This document shows positions 1 to 7,850 of a DNA stretch of 16,480 nucleotides, piece after piece. The notes beneath the pieces are model-generated. The model was not told the origin of the DNA and did not search any database. It worked only from the letters and a program-made list of their open reading frames with translations. The stretch is taken from the NCBI GenBank assembly GCA_048938895.1, contig JBHLLU010000074.1:1-16480 (forward strand), read 5' to 3'. Numbering within the stretch: position 1 is the first letter of the stretch; every line of letters starts with the position of its first letter. The stretch is from Promethearchaeota archaeon (GTDB taxonomy: Archaea; Asgardarchaeota; Lokiarchaeia; Sigyniarchaeales; SOKP01). The position numbers and the translations under genes were made by a program.

Positions 1-621
1 AGAAGAAAGAGTAATCGTAAAATAACTTTAAACGTCGGATTACACCCGAAACTTGGAAAATATTATAATATGTTTTGTAATAAATGCCGAAGAAGGATTT
101 TATTTAAGAAATCGAAAATAAAAGGAGGAATAACTTTCAATCAATATTCGATAAAGAATGATTTCGTTATATACTATTCAGATGAACCCGAATCTTCAAG
201 ACGAGATTATATCAAACAGGTATCAAAAAATAAAATGATTTGTCCTGCTTGTAAGGAGGAAAAAAATAAGAATTTTAAAATTAAGCTAGGAGTGAGTGAG
301 AGAATTAGCGAGATTTCTTCATATCAAGAGACAATACATCCAAGTCATAGACCCCATTATATTAATGCGATCCCATTAATAGACATAATACGTTCTATCA
401 AGAGTGTAAAAAGCACGTCAAGTAAAACAGTACTTAGTGCGTATAACAAAATAATAAAAGAACTTGGAAATGAATTTGGGATCTTAATTGACACACCAAT
501 ACATAAAGTTGAAGAATTTGATAAAAATATCTCAATAGTTTTAAAAGCTCTTAGAAATGATGAAATTGAATATACTCCTGGCGGTGGAGGGATTTATGGG
601 AATATTAATCTAGCTCTTTAA
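1..621 (+). CDS. Endonuclease Q / TIGR00375-family PHP-domain protein, C-terminal part (5' truncated by window edge)
   Basis: Frame 1 is open from base 1 (RRKSNRKITLNVGLHPKLGKYYNMFC...), so ATG70 is internal. It has the family motifs GLxPxLGKY, CxxC...CPxC, GVxERIxEI, RPxYxxxIPL, GNEFxIL and the terminal PGGGGxYG. Confidence 0.8.
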   Translation, partial: RRKSNRKITLNVGLHPKLGKYYNMFCNKCRRRILFKKSKIKGGITFNQYSIKNDFVIYYSDEPESSRRDYIKQVSKNKMICPACKEEKNKNFKIKLGVSERISEISSYQETIHPSHRPHYINAIPLIDIIRSIKSVKSTSSKTVLSAYNKIIKELGNEFGILIDTPIHKVEEFDKNISIVLKALRNDEIEYTPGGGGIYGNINLAL

Positions 622-695
622 ATTATTATAAACTCTCAGAATATAGTCTTAAGAACAATGAATTTGTTTTTCTGGTATATTAAATCAAGATTAAA

Positions 696-935
696 TTAAA
701 AGTTAAATTCTAAATCTAACTTTAGAAGGTCACCACATTTATTGCATGTCAACCAATCGAAAACTTTCACAGCAACCGTAAGTAACTCAAGTTCTCTCCT
801 TAAAAATTCATTTCTAAATTTCTTCTTATAGCCACAATTAGAACAGCTAATAATAGCTCTCACTTGAATTGGCTCCTCATGTTTCGAGCTTTCCTCAGAT
901 TCTCCGCTGTTGTTTTGAATATTCTTGATTTCCAT
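696..935 (-). CDS. Small zinc-finger/zinc-ribbon protein (79 aa), divergent from ftsZ
   Basis: CSNCG and CNKCG pairs; acidic low-complexity N-terminus; AGGGGT SD-like element about 7 nt upstream of the ATG. Confidence 0.75.
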   Translation of the reverse strand: MEIKNIQNNSGESEESSKHEEPIQVRAIISCSNCGYKKKFRNEFLRRELELLTVAVKVFDWLTCNKCGDLLKLDLEFNF

Positions 936-973
936 ATATTATACCCCTAGAGCATGATACCCATGAAAATATA

Positions 974-983
974 TACTTATAAA
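974..983 (-). promoter_or_regulatory. Putative archaeal TATA box (TTTATAAGTA) for the 696..935 gene
   Basis: Matches TTTAWA about 40 nt upstream of the start codon. The identical 10-mer lies upstream of the minus-strand Lrp gene (14724..14733). Confidence 0.5.
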
Positions 984-1187
984 CTTTAGTCTCTAAAGAT
1001 TTGTCCTATATTTCAGACGAAAAAACGGATTTGTTCTAGACTAAAATTTGAAAACATTAAATGATTCTTCTACTAATTCAAGGAATATATTACTGACATA
1101 ACATGAGTATTATCTTCATATTACTTTCTTATATTATTCTGATATTTTTCTCGTATTATAAAAACCTAATTTCTTTTGATGAGTTTT

Positions 1188-2327
1188 ATGAGTGTCGACG
1201 ATATTTTAGAGATGGCAAAATCTCGATCATCAGTAAGAGAAAGATTTAATGAAATAGCCCGTCATAATCAAAATCCCAATTCTAACCCAAATTGTGATGA
1301 TGATAAGTATTTAGCAGATCTATTGAAAGTTTTAAAAATAAAGTCATTAGTGGTTGGAGTTGGGGGCGCAGGGAACAATACTGTTTCGCGTTTAGAAGAT
1401 ATCGGGATTAGTAATGCAGACACTGTATGCATAAATACTGATGCTCATGATTTGTATTATTCGAATGCAAGCCAAAAAGTGTTAATAGGTAAAGAAAAAT
1501 GTCAAGGCTTAGGTTCAGGGAATGATCCTTCAATTGGATGTGAAGCCGCTGAAGAAGATCGTGATAGGTTGAGTAAAATCCTTAATGCAGATATTGTGTT
1601 TTTAACATGTGGTTTAGGAGGAGGAACTGGAACAGGAGCAGCACCTATTATCGCCCAAGAAGCAAAAAAGAATAATGCCATTGTAGTTACATTTTGTTCG
1701 CTTCCATTTAATTCAGAAGGCGTACAGAGAGGAGTAAGAGCAAAAATTGGTTTGAAAAATCTCGCAGATTTTTCTGATTTTCTAGTTACAATTCCTAATG
1801 ATAATCTTCTAAGAATCGTTGGAAAGATTCCCATGATTACAGGTTTCAAAATAATGGATGAAGTTTTAATTAGGAATATTGGGGAAGTTGTTAATTTAAT
1901 TAACAATTGTGGGTTAGTCAATATTGATTTTGCTGATGTAAAGCGAATTTTTGTTAAAAAAGAAAAGTATCCCACAGGATTAGTAGGAATTGCAGAATCT
2001 GCAGGTGATGATTCCGATTTAATAGAAAAATCTAAATTAGCATTAAATAACCCCCTTTTGAACCCAGATACAAGTCAAGTTAAGAGAGCTATTGTTTCAG
2101 TGACTGGTGATCATACATTATCTTTGTCCAAAGTAGATAGTGTTATATCTACTATCACAAACGGAATTCCTGAAGAAGCTCAATTAAAGTTTGGAGTTCA
2201 AAATAAACCAGATATGGGTTCTAAGGTGAAGATTATGGTTCTCGCAAGCGGGCCTATATCTCCTTATGTTCGGGATGCAATGGATTCTGATAATGATTCT
2301 GCACCATTAAATATTGTTGGATTTTAG
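1188..2327 (+). CDS. ftsZ: Cell division GTPase FtsZ (archaeal, FtsZ1-like N-terminus)
   Basis: VVGVGGAGNN, NTDA, tubulin signature GLGGGTGTG, PFxxEG..R, IPNDNL, T7 loop NIDFADV, LNNPLL. Start uncertain (TTG1176, ATG1179 or ATG1188). Confidence 0.97.
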   Translation: MSVDDILEMAKSRSSVRERFNEIARHNQNPNSNPNCDDDKYLADLLKVLKIKSLVVGVGGAGNNTVSRLEDIGISNADTVCINTDAHDLYYSNASQKVLIGKEKCQGLGSGNDPSIGCEAAEEDRDRLSKILNADIVFLTCGLGGGTGTGAAPIIAQEAKKNNAIVVTFCSLPFNSEGVQRGVRAKIGLKNLADFSDFLVTIPNDNLLRIVGKIPMITGFKIMDEVLIRNIGEVVNLINNCGLVNIDFADVKRIFVKKEKYPTGLVGIAESAGDDSDLIEKSKLALNNPLLNPDTSQVKRAIVSVTGDHTLSLSKVDSVISTITNGIPEEAQLKFGVQNKPDMGSKVKIMVLASGPISPYVRDAMDSDNDSAPLNIVGF

Positions 2328-2386
2328 ATTCATCTTTTCATCGTTATTTTTGAACATTTATCTTATATTAAACATTCTTACTGATT

Positions 2387-2833
2387 ATGACTAATCAGAG
2401 AATGCCAGAAGATGAGTTGAAAAAAGAAATACGAGACTATTTAGATAAAAGGAAAGTGTTAGTTTTATGTACATGTAGCAATAATATACCCCGTGCAACT
2501 CCCATGGATTTTTATACTGAAAAAAATAGTTTTAATATATATGTAGGTCCAGCTCCAGGGAGAAAAGTCAAAAACATAGAAGATAACCCAAATATAAGTA
2601 TCGGGATTTACACACCATTATCAGAAAAAAAGATTCAGGGTATGCAGATTTCTGCCTCGGGACGAGATAGGTTGGTTTTTTTAAGGAAAGGAGATGAAGA
2701 ATTCGAGAAAGTTCAAAAGATTGTGCGCGGTAGAAGAAAATTACTACTGAAAATAATACCTGAAAAAATTGAACTCCTTGATTACGATTTCGCAAAAAAA
2801 GGATATTCACGACTACAAATTTTAAATTTGTAA
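2387..2833 (+). CDS. Pyridoxamine 5'-phosphate oxidase-like (flavin-binding split barrel) family protein
   Basis: VLCTC..N.PRATP, RKVKNIEDNPNISIGI, GMQISA and LLKIIPEKI fit the PNPOx-like fold pattern. Confidence 0.8.
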   Translation: MTNQRMPEDELKKEIRDYLDKRKVLVLCTCSNNIPRATPMDFYTEKNSFNIYVGPAPGRKVKNIEDNPNISIGIYTPLSEKKIQGMQISASGRDRLVFLRKGDEEFEKVQKIVRGRRKLLLKIIPEKIELLDYDFAKKGYSRLQILNL

Positions 2834-2861
2834 TCAAAATTTAGAATATTACTTTAAATTA

Positions 2862-2884
2862 TCTTTTTCTAAAAAAAAAGGAAA
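2862..2884. terminator. Probable bidirectional oligo-T/oligo-A terminator between convergent genes
   Basis: A T-tract (tctttttct) is immediately followed by an A-tract (aaaaaaaaag) in the short gap between convergent stop codons. Confidence 0.4.
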
Positions 2885-3187
2885 TTAAAGATATGTTTTA
2901 ATCATTTCCTGAGCATCGAAGAGTAATTCAGGATAGTACTTATATCCCTCTACTTGAGCATATAGAGTATATCTTCTGCCGATTGCATTGAAAGCTTCTA
3001 AAATTTTGTCGTCCGGGCATTCATATACAGCATAAGTTTTTATCATCCCTTCATGAGAGATTACCATCCAATGTTGCACTCTTTTCACAAAGTCGGGGTA
3101 TGCGGGTTTATCTTTTTTTGTGTATACTTTCAACATTTCATTACTTTTATTCTGTGGTAACCAACCTTGAACCATAATTTGTGCCAT
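2885..3187 (-). CDS. Hypothetical 100-aa protein, probable ferredoxin-like (dimeric alpha+beta barrel) fold
   Basis: Clean ORF with a GAGATG SD-like element and an upstream TTTTATA. The beta-alpha-beta-beta-alpha-beta pattern is inferred by eye only. Confidence 0.7.
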   Translation of the reverse strand: MAQIMVQGWLPQNKSNEMLKVYTKKDKPAYPDFVKRVQHWMVISHEGMIKTYAVYECPDDKILEAFNAIGRRYTLYAQVEGYKYYPELLFDAQEMIKTYL

Positions 3188-3379
3188 ATAATTTCATCTC
3201 TATTTAATATTAAAACTTAGAGTTCATGTTAAGTAGAAATTTAATCAATAGTATAAAAGCTTTATCAGTCGGAAATCACGTAAAAATAAATAATTAATAA
3301 AAAATATAGATAATTGTATTTATTGAGTACACAATTTTATTTCTAAATAAAAACAACACAAATACTAAAAATTTCATTT

Positions 3380-6346
3380 TTGATTAAAGTGCTCTCAGAT
3401 AAAGAAAAGAAGGAACTGACGAAAGCTCAGACAGATAAAGAACTGAAAAAAGTTTTCAAAAAAATAGCCTCAAAAAACCCAAATGAATACTTTCCTACGA
3501 AGGAACTTAGAAGTTTGGGTTATATGAGAAAAATTTGTAAATGTTGTGGTAAATACTTTTGGACTACACTTAAAGAACGACAAGTATGTGGAGATGCCAT
3601 ATGTTCAGGAGGCTTTCAAGTGGTTGTTGATAACCCTTCTCAAATAAAATTATCTTTTATCGGGGTTTGGGAGAAGATTGTTGAAATACTAGAACCAAGA
3701 GGTTATGTTCCTATTAAAAGGTATCCCTGTGTAGCTCGATGGAATCCTACACTTGAATTTACAATTGCATCAATCTCAGCTTTTCAACCTTATGTTATAA
3801 CAGGGGAGGTAGAACCACCAGCAGAAAAATTAATAATCCCTCAATTTTGTCTGAGATTTAACGATATTGAAAATGTTGGGATTACTGGATCTCATAATAC
3901 CGGTTTTGTAATGATAGGGCAGCATCAATTTGTACCACCAGAAGAATGGAATCAAGGTGAACTTTTTATGGATATCCATGATTTTATCCATATGGGAGTG
4001 GGGCTCCCTAAGGAAGAAATCACAATACATGAGGATTCCTGGGTTGGTGGTGGATCTTTTGGATGTAGTCTTGAATTTTTTAGTAGAGGTGTAGAATTAT
4101 TTAATCAAGTTTACACATTGTTTGAACAAACTCCTAAAGGACCTGTGGAATTAAAACTGAAAGTGTTAGACATGGGGCTTGGACAGGAACGTGTTGCATG
4201 GTTCTCCCAAGGAACACCTACCATCTATGAGGCAATCTTTCCATATGTACTTTCAAAATTAAGGGAAAAAACAAAAATTGAATTGGATATAGATCTTTAC
4301 ACTAAATTTTCTCAATACTCAGCTTACCTCAATACGGATGAAGTTGATGATATGCAAAAAGCTTGGGAACGAGTAGCTAAGGAATTGAAATTAGATGTAA
4401 ATACTCTTAGAAATAAAATATTACCAATGACTGCTCTTTACTCTATAGCAGATCACGCTCGAAGTCTATTATTTGCAGTTAATGATGGAAAACTCCCTTC
4501 AAATGTTGGCGGGGGGTATAATCTTAGAGTAATTTTTAGACGAGCTTTTAGCTTTATTGACCAATTTAAATGGGATATTGATATTGCAGATGTTTGTGAG
4601 TGGCATGCTGAGGAACTTATAGATCTTTTTCCTGAACTTTCAGAACATTTAGAGGAAATTAGAGAGATCCTCGATGTCGAGAAGCAAAAATTTTATGCGA
4701 CTAAGAAAAAAGCAGGAAAAATTATAGAAAAGATACTAAAAAGAGGGGATATTTCTACAGATACCCTAATTGAATTGTATGACTCAAACGGAATAAGTCC
4801 AGATATGGTTAAAGAAGCAGCTAAGAAATATAATTTAATAATTAAGATTCCTGATGATTTTTATGCCTTAGTAGTTGAAAGACATGAGAAGGTTGATCAA
4901 GTTCATTCTACAGAAAGAGAATTAAAATTGGATCTGAAAGGAATCCCTGAAACAGAATCCCTCTATTACTATGATTATACCGAGACTTCAAATAAAGCAA
5001 GAGTGCTAAAAATTATTGATAAAATGGTTATTTTGGATAAATCTGTTGCATATCCTACTTCTGGAGGGCAACTACATGATATTGGGATGATTAATGGACA
5101 AAAATTCAATGATGTATTTAAACAAGGAAATCATATCATTCATATTCTTGATGAAAAACCTAATTTCAAACAAAGTGATCTCGTAACAATTGAAGTGGAT
5201 AAAGAATGGAGAAAACAGCTTTCCCAACATCATACTGCTACACATATTGTAAACGCTGCGGCTCGAGAAGTCTTAGGAAGTCACATTAATCAAGCTGGTG
5301 CTAAAAAAACTATTAAAAACTCTCATCTTGATATCACACATTATGATCAAATTCCAAAAGAAAAACTTTTAGAGATTGAAAGAAGGGCAAATGAGATAGT
5401 AGAAAAAAGCATCAATCTTAATCTTAGTTTCATCCCACGTTCAGAAGCAGAAAAAAGATATGGTATGAGCATATATCAAGGAGGGGCTGTACCTGGTAAG
5501 AATTTGAGAATAGTTGAGATACCTAGTATTGATGTTGAAGCATGTGGAGGTACACATTTAAACAACACTTCAGAAACTGGGTATATTCATATAACAAAAT
5601 CACAAAAAATCCAAGATGGAATTGTAAGATTAACATTTGTCGCCGGGGAGGCAACGAATAGATTAAAACAAAAGCATTTAAGAATTCTCGAGGAATTAAA
5701 GCACACTTTACATGTTGAACGTATCCAACTCGTTGATCGTGTTAAAGAATTGCTGGAAAAATGGAAAAATGTGAATAAATCACTAAGAACAGGTATAATA
5801 AATGAAAAAGATTTATCATTAATCTCATCTTCGTCATTTAAAGGTGATGTCTTGTCAGAAATTGCTCAAATATTAAGCACTAAAAAAGATGATGTATCAA
5901 AGAAAATTAATAAATTATACACAGAATGGAATGAAAGCGTCGAGAAATTAAAAAGAATGAAAAATCTTCTCAATGATGAAAATATTGAGAAATTGGTTGA
6001 AAAGGCTCCTATATTTCAAAATTTTAAATTAATTGTTGAAAATTTTGAAAACCTTTCTCAAGACGACCTTAAAAATTACTCAATTAAACTCATGAAACAT
6101 TCTGAAGATTTAATAACCATATTCTTAAATAAAACAGAAAATGGAATAATGGTTTTAGGAATGTTAGGCAAGAAGCCTTCAGAAGAATTAAACTATAATC
6201 TAGGTCAATTTATTAAGGATTTAGTTGCTAAATTTGGTGGAAAAGGTGGAGGTTCACCTGATTATGGTCAAGGTTTTATTAGTAAAAGTGATATAACTGT
6301 AGAAGAAATACTACCATATATAGAGAAAGAATTTAGTACTCATTAA
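3380..6346 (+). CDS. alaS: Alanine--tRNA ligase, archaeal type, with editing and C-Ala (DHHA1) domains
   Basis: N-terminal Cys cluster CKCCGKYFWT..VCGDAIC; QFCLRFNDIENVG; DMGLGQER; IADHARS..DG.LPSNVGGGYNLR; GGQLHDIG; editing HTATH and EACGGTH; GGKGGG..DYGQG. Start TTG3380 or GTG3389. Confidence 0.97.
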   Translation: MIKVLSDKEKKELTKAQTDKELKKVFKKIASKNPNEYFPTKELRSLGYMRKICKCCGKYFWTTLKERQVCGDAICSGGFQVVVDNPSQIKLSFIGVWEKIVEILEPRGYVPIKRYPCVARWNPTLEFTIASISAFQPYVITGEVEPPAEKLIIPQFCLRFNDIENVGITGSHNTGFVMIGQHQFVPPEEWNQGELFMDIHDFIHMGVGLPKEEITIHEDSWVGGGSFGCSLEFFSRGVELFNQVYTLFEQTPKGPVELKLKVLDMGLGQERVAWFSQGTPTIYEAIFPYVLSKLREKTKIELDIDLYTKFSQYSAYLNTDEVDDMQKAWERVAKELKLDVNTLRNKILPMTALYSIADHARSLLFAVNDGKLPSNVGGGYNLRVIFRRAFSFIDQFKWDIDIADVCEWHAEELIDLFPELSEHLEEIREILDVEKQKFYATKKKAGKIIEKILKRGDISTDTLIELYDSNGISPDMVKEAAKKYNLIIKIPDDFYALVVERHEKVDQVHSTERELKLDLKGIPETESLYYYDYTETSNKARVLKIIDKMVILDKSVAYPTSGGQLHDIGMINGQKFNDVFKQGNHIIHILDEKPNFKQSDLVTIEVDKEWRKQLSQHHTATHIVNAAAREVLGSHINQAGAKKTIKNSHLDITHYDQIPKEKLLEIERRANEIVEKSINLNLSFIPRSEAEKRYGMSIYQGGAVPGKNLRIVEIPSIDVEACGGTHLNNTSETGYIHITKSQKIQDGIVRLTFVAGEATNRLKQKHLRILEELKHTLHVERIQLVDRVKELLEKWKNVNKSLRTGIINEKDLSLISSSSFKGDVLSEIAQILSTKKDDVSKKINKLYTEWNESVEKLKRMKNLLNDENIEKLVEKAPIFQNFKLIVENFENLSQDDLKNYSIKLMKHSEDLITIFLNKTENGIMVLGMLGKKPSEELNYNLGQFIKDLVAKFGGKGGGSPDYGQGFISKSDITVEEILPYIEKEFSTH

Positions 6347-6506
6347 TAGCTTTTTAGCCCTTATAAAATATATATTTCTTAGTACTCAATATATAAACTT
6401 TCTTAAATCTATATAGAGTATATAGATCCTATATAATATGACGATAGCACTTATATCTTTGGTTTTTCCTAATATATATAATAAAGATGAAGAAATTTAG
6501 AGAAAA

Positions 6507-6677
6507 ATGTTTAATCGATTTTTAATAACCTTGATTAATCAGAAGGAAGAATATTCTAAATTGCAGAAAGATGTTGCTCAAACACCTCTCGAGAAATCAA
6601 TTGAAAACATTCTTGAAATGATTAACCAAGAAATTGAAAAGATAACAAAATTAAACCAGATTGAATATTTATCTTAA
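6507..6677 (+). CDS. Unannotated 56-aa helical microprotein
   Basis: Hand translation: MFNRFLITLINQKEEYSKLQKDVAQTPLEKSIENILEMINQEIEKITKLNQIEYLS*. It shows amphipathic helix periodicity, fills the gap after alaS, and ends 25 nt before the next ATG. Confidence 0.65.
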   Translation: MFNRFLITLINQKEEYSKLQKDVAQTPLEKSIENILEMINQEIEKITKLNQIEYLS

Positions 6678-6702
6678 AACTACAAATATAGGAGAAAAAA
6701 TT

Positions 6703-6879
6703 ATGAAACCGATATTTAAAGAGTTTTGTTGTCCACAATGTGGGGACTTACGCCACATAAATGTTAATGGTATCTGTTTTGATTGTAATAATATAAACAC
6801 CCTTTTAACATTGGCAGAACAGCGTAAATCACAACATAAACTCGATTTTTCAGGTCATGAAATCAGTTTAGCAATATAA
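6703..6879 (+). CDS. CPxCG-type zinc-finger microprotein (58 aa)
   Basis: CCPQCG...CFDC. AGGAG SD at 6690..6694 supports ATG6703 over TTG6661. Confidence 0.75.
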   Translation: MKPIFKEFCCPQCGDLRHINVNGICFDCNNINTLLTLAEQRKSQHKLDFSGHEISLAI

Positions 6880-6883
6880 ATCA

Positions 6884-6910
6884 ATTTTTTTTGGAGTTTT
6901 TTATTTTTTA
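6884..6910 (+). terminator. Oligo-T terminator after the microprotein pair
   Basis: Three consecutive T-tracts directly after the TAA at 6879. Confidence 0.55.
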
Positions 6911-7024
6911 CTCATCTATTCTACTAATTTTATTTCGGATTATAATTAAAAAATTATAGAAGTTTTTATTTTATCGAAAAATAAATTAAAATAGCGATTT
7001 TTTTATTAATGTTGGTATGAAATT

Positions 7025-7846
7025 ATGGTTAATATCATTCAAATTAGCGATTTACATTTTGGAAGTGAATTTGTCCCTGAATATATGGAAAATATCATAG
7101 GCTATATTGAACAAAATCGACCGGATCTAGTCGTATGTAGCGGTGATCTTATCCACAAGGGAAGGGTTACTCAGTTTAGAGGGATTCTTCCTTATATAAA
7201 AAGAATAAAGGAAATCACTAGATTTATTGCTGTACCAGGAAATCATGATGCAAAAAACTCTGGGTTAGTTTTCTTTGAGAAACTAATAGGACCTAGACGA
7301 TCAAGGTTAATTATTGAAGACAAAGACACTATTATAGTAGGAGTATGTTCTGCCAGAGATGATCTGGCTTATGGAGAAATTGGAGATGAGCAACTCGATT
7401 GGATAGGCCGTCAGTTTAATAAAAACTTAGAGAATAGAATAATAGCATTACACCATCATCTAATTCCTATTCCAATGTCTGGACAAAAGTTCACTACAGT
7501 TCGAGATGCTGGAGAAATTTTAGAACTCACGCAAATTTTTGAAATAGATTTAGTATTAATGGGACACAGGCATGTTCCTCATGCTTATACAGTATCTTGG
7601 AGGAATTCATCAAGTACAACTTTTCTTTATAGTGGTACTTCAGCCTCAAATAAAGTGAGGGCAGACGATTCACCTAGTTTTAATAAAATTTATCTTGATA
7701 AGGGAGACTTACAGGTCCATATGGTTAATTCGACTAATCTTCAGGAGACATTGTTATTAGAACGTAAGGAAAATCACACAGAATTTATTCGACCGAGGAA
7801 AGCTCGAATAGAACATTTACTTGCTTCAAAAGTATGGGATGAATAA
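7025..7846 (+). CDS. Calcineurin-like metallophosphoesterase (Icc/CpdA-like)
   Basis: All five motifs are present: SDLH, SGD, PGNHD, LHHH, GHRH. Confidence 0.92.
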   Translation: MVNIIQISDLHFGSEFVPEYMENIIGYIEQNRPDLVVCSGDLIHKGRVTQFRGILPYIKRIKEITRFIAVPGNHDAKNSGLVFFEKLIGPRRSRLIIEDKDTIIVGVCSARDDLAYGEIGDEQLDWIGRQFNKNLENRIIALHHHLIPIPMSGQKFTTVRDAGEILELTQIFEIDLVLMGHRHVPHAYTVSWRNSSSTTFLYSGTSASNKVRADDSPSFNKIYLDKGDLQVHMVNSTNLQETLLLERKENHTEFIRPRKARIEHLLASKVWDE

Positions 7847-7850
7847 AGCA

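Noticed and set aside
1502-1975. 157-aa minus-strand ORF
   Set aside because: Antisense shadow wholly inside ftsZ; no motifs.
2568-2837. 89-aa minus-strand ORF
   Set aside because: Antisense shadow of the PNPOx-like gene.
3830-4030. 66-aa minus-strand ORF
   Set aside because: Antisense shadow inside alaS.
6438-6677. Amber read-through (pyrrolysine) idea: ATG6438 is in frame with the 56-aa ORF across TAG6498, and another in-frame TAG lies at 13243
   Set aside because: TAG ends ftsZ, Nudix, dtdA and the minus-strand Lrp at plausible C-termini, no pyl genes are in the window, and the upstream 20 codons look like AT-rich promoter DNA. It cannot be supported from this sequence.
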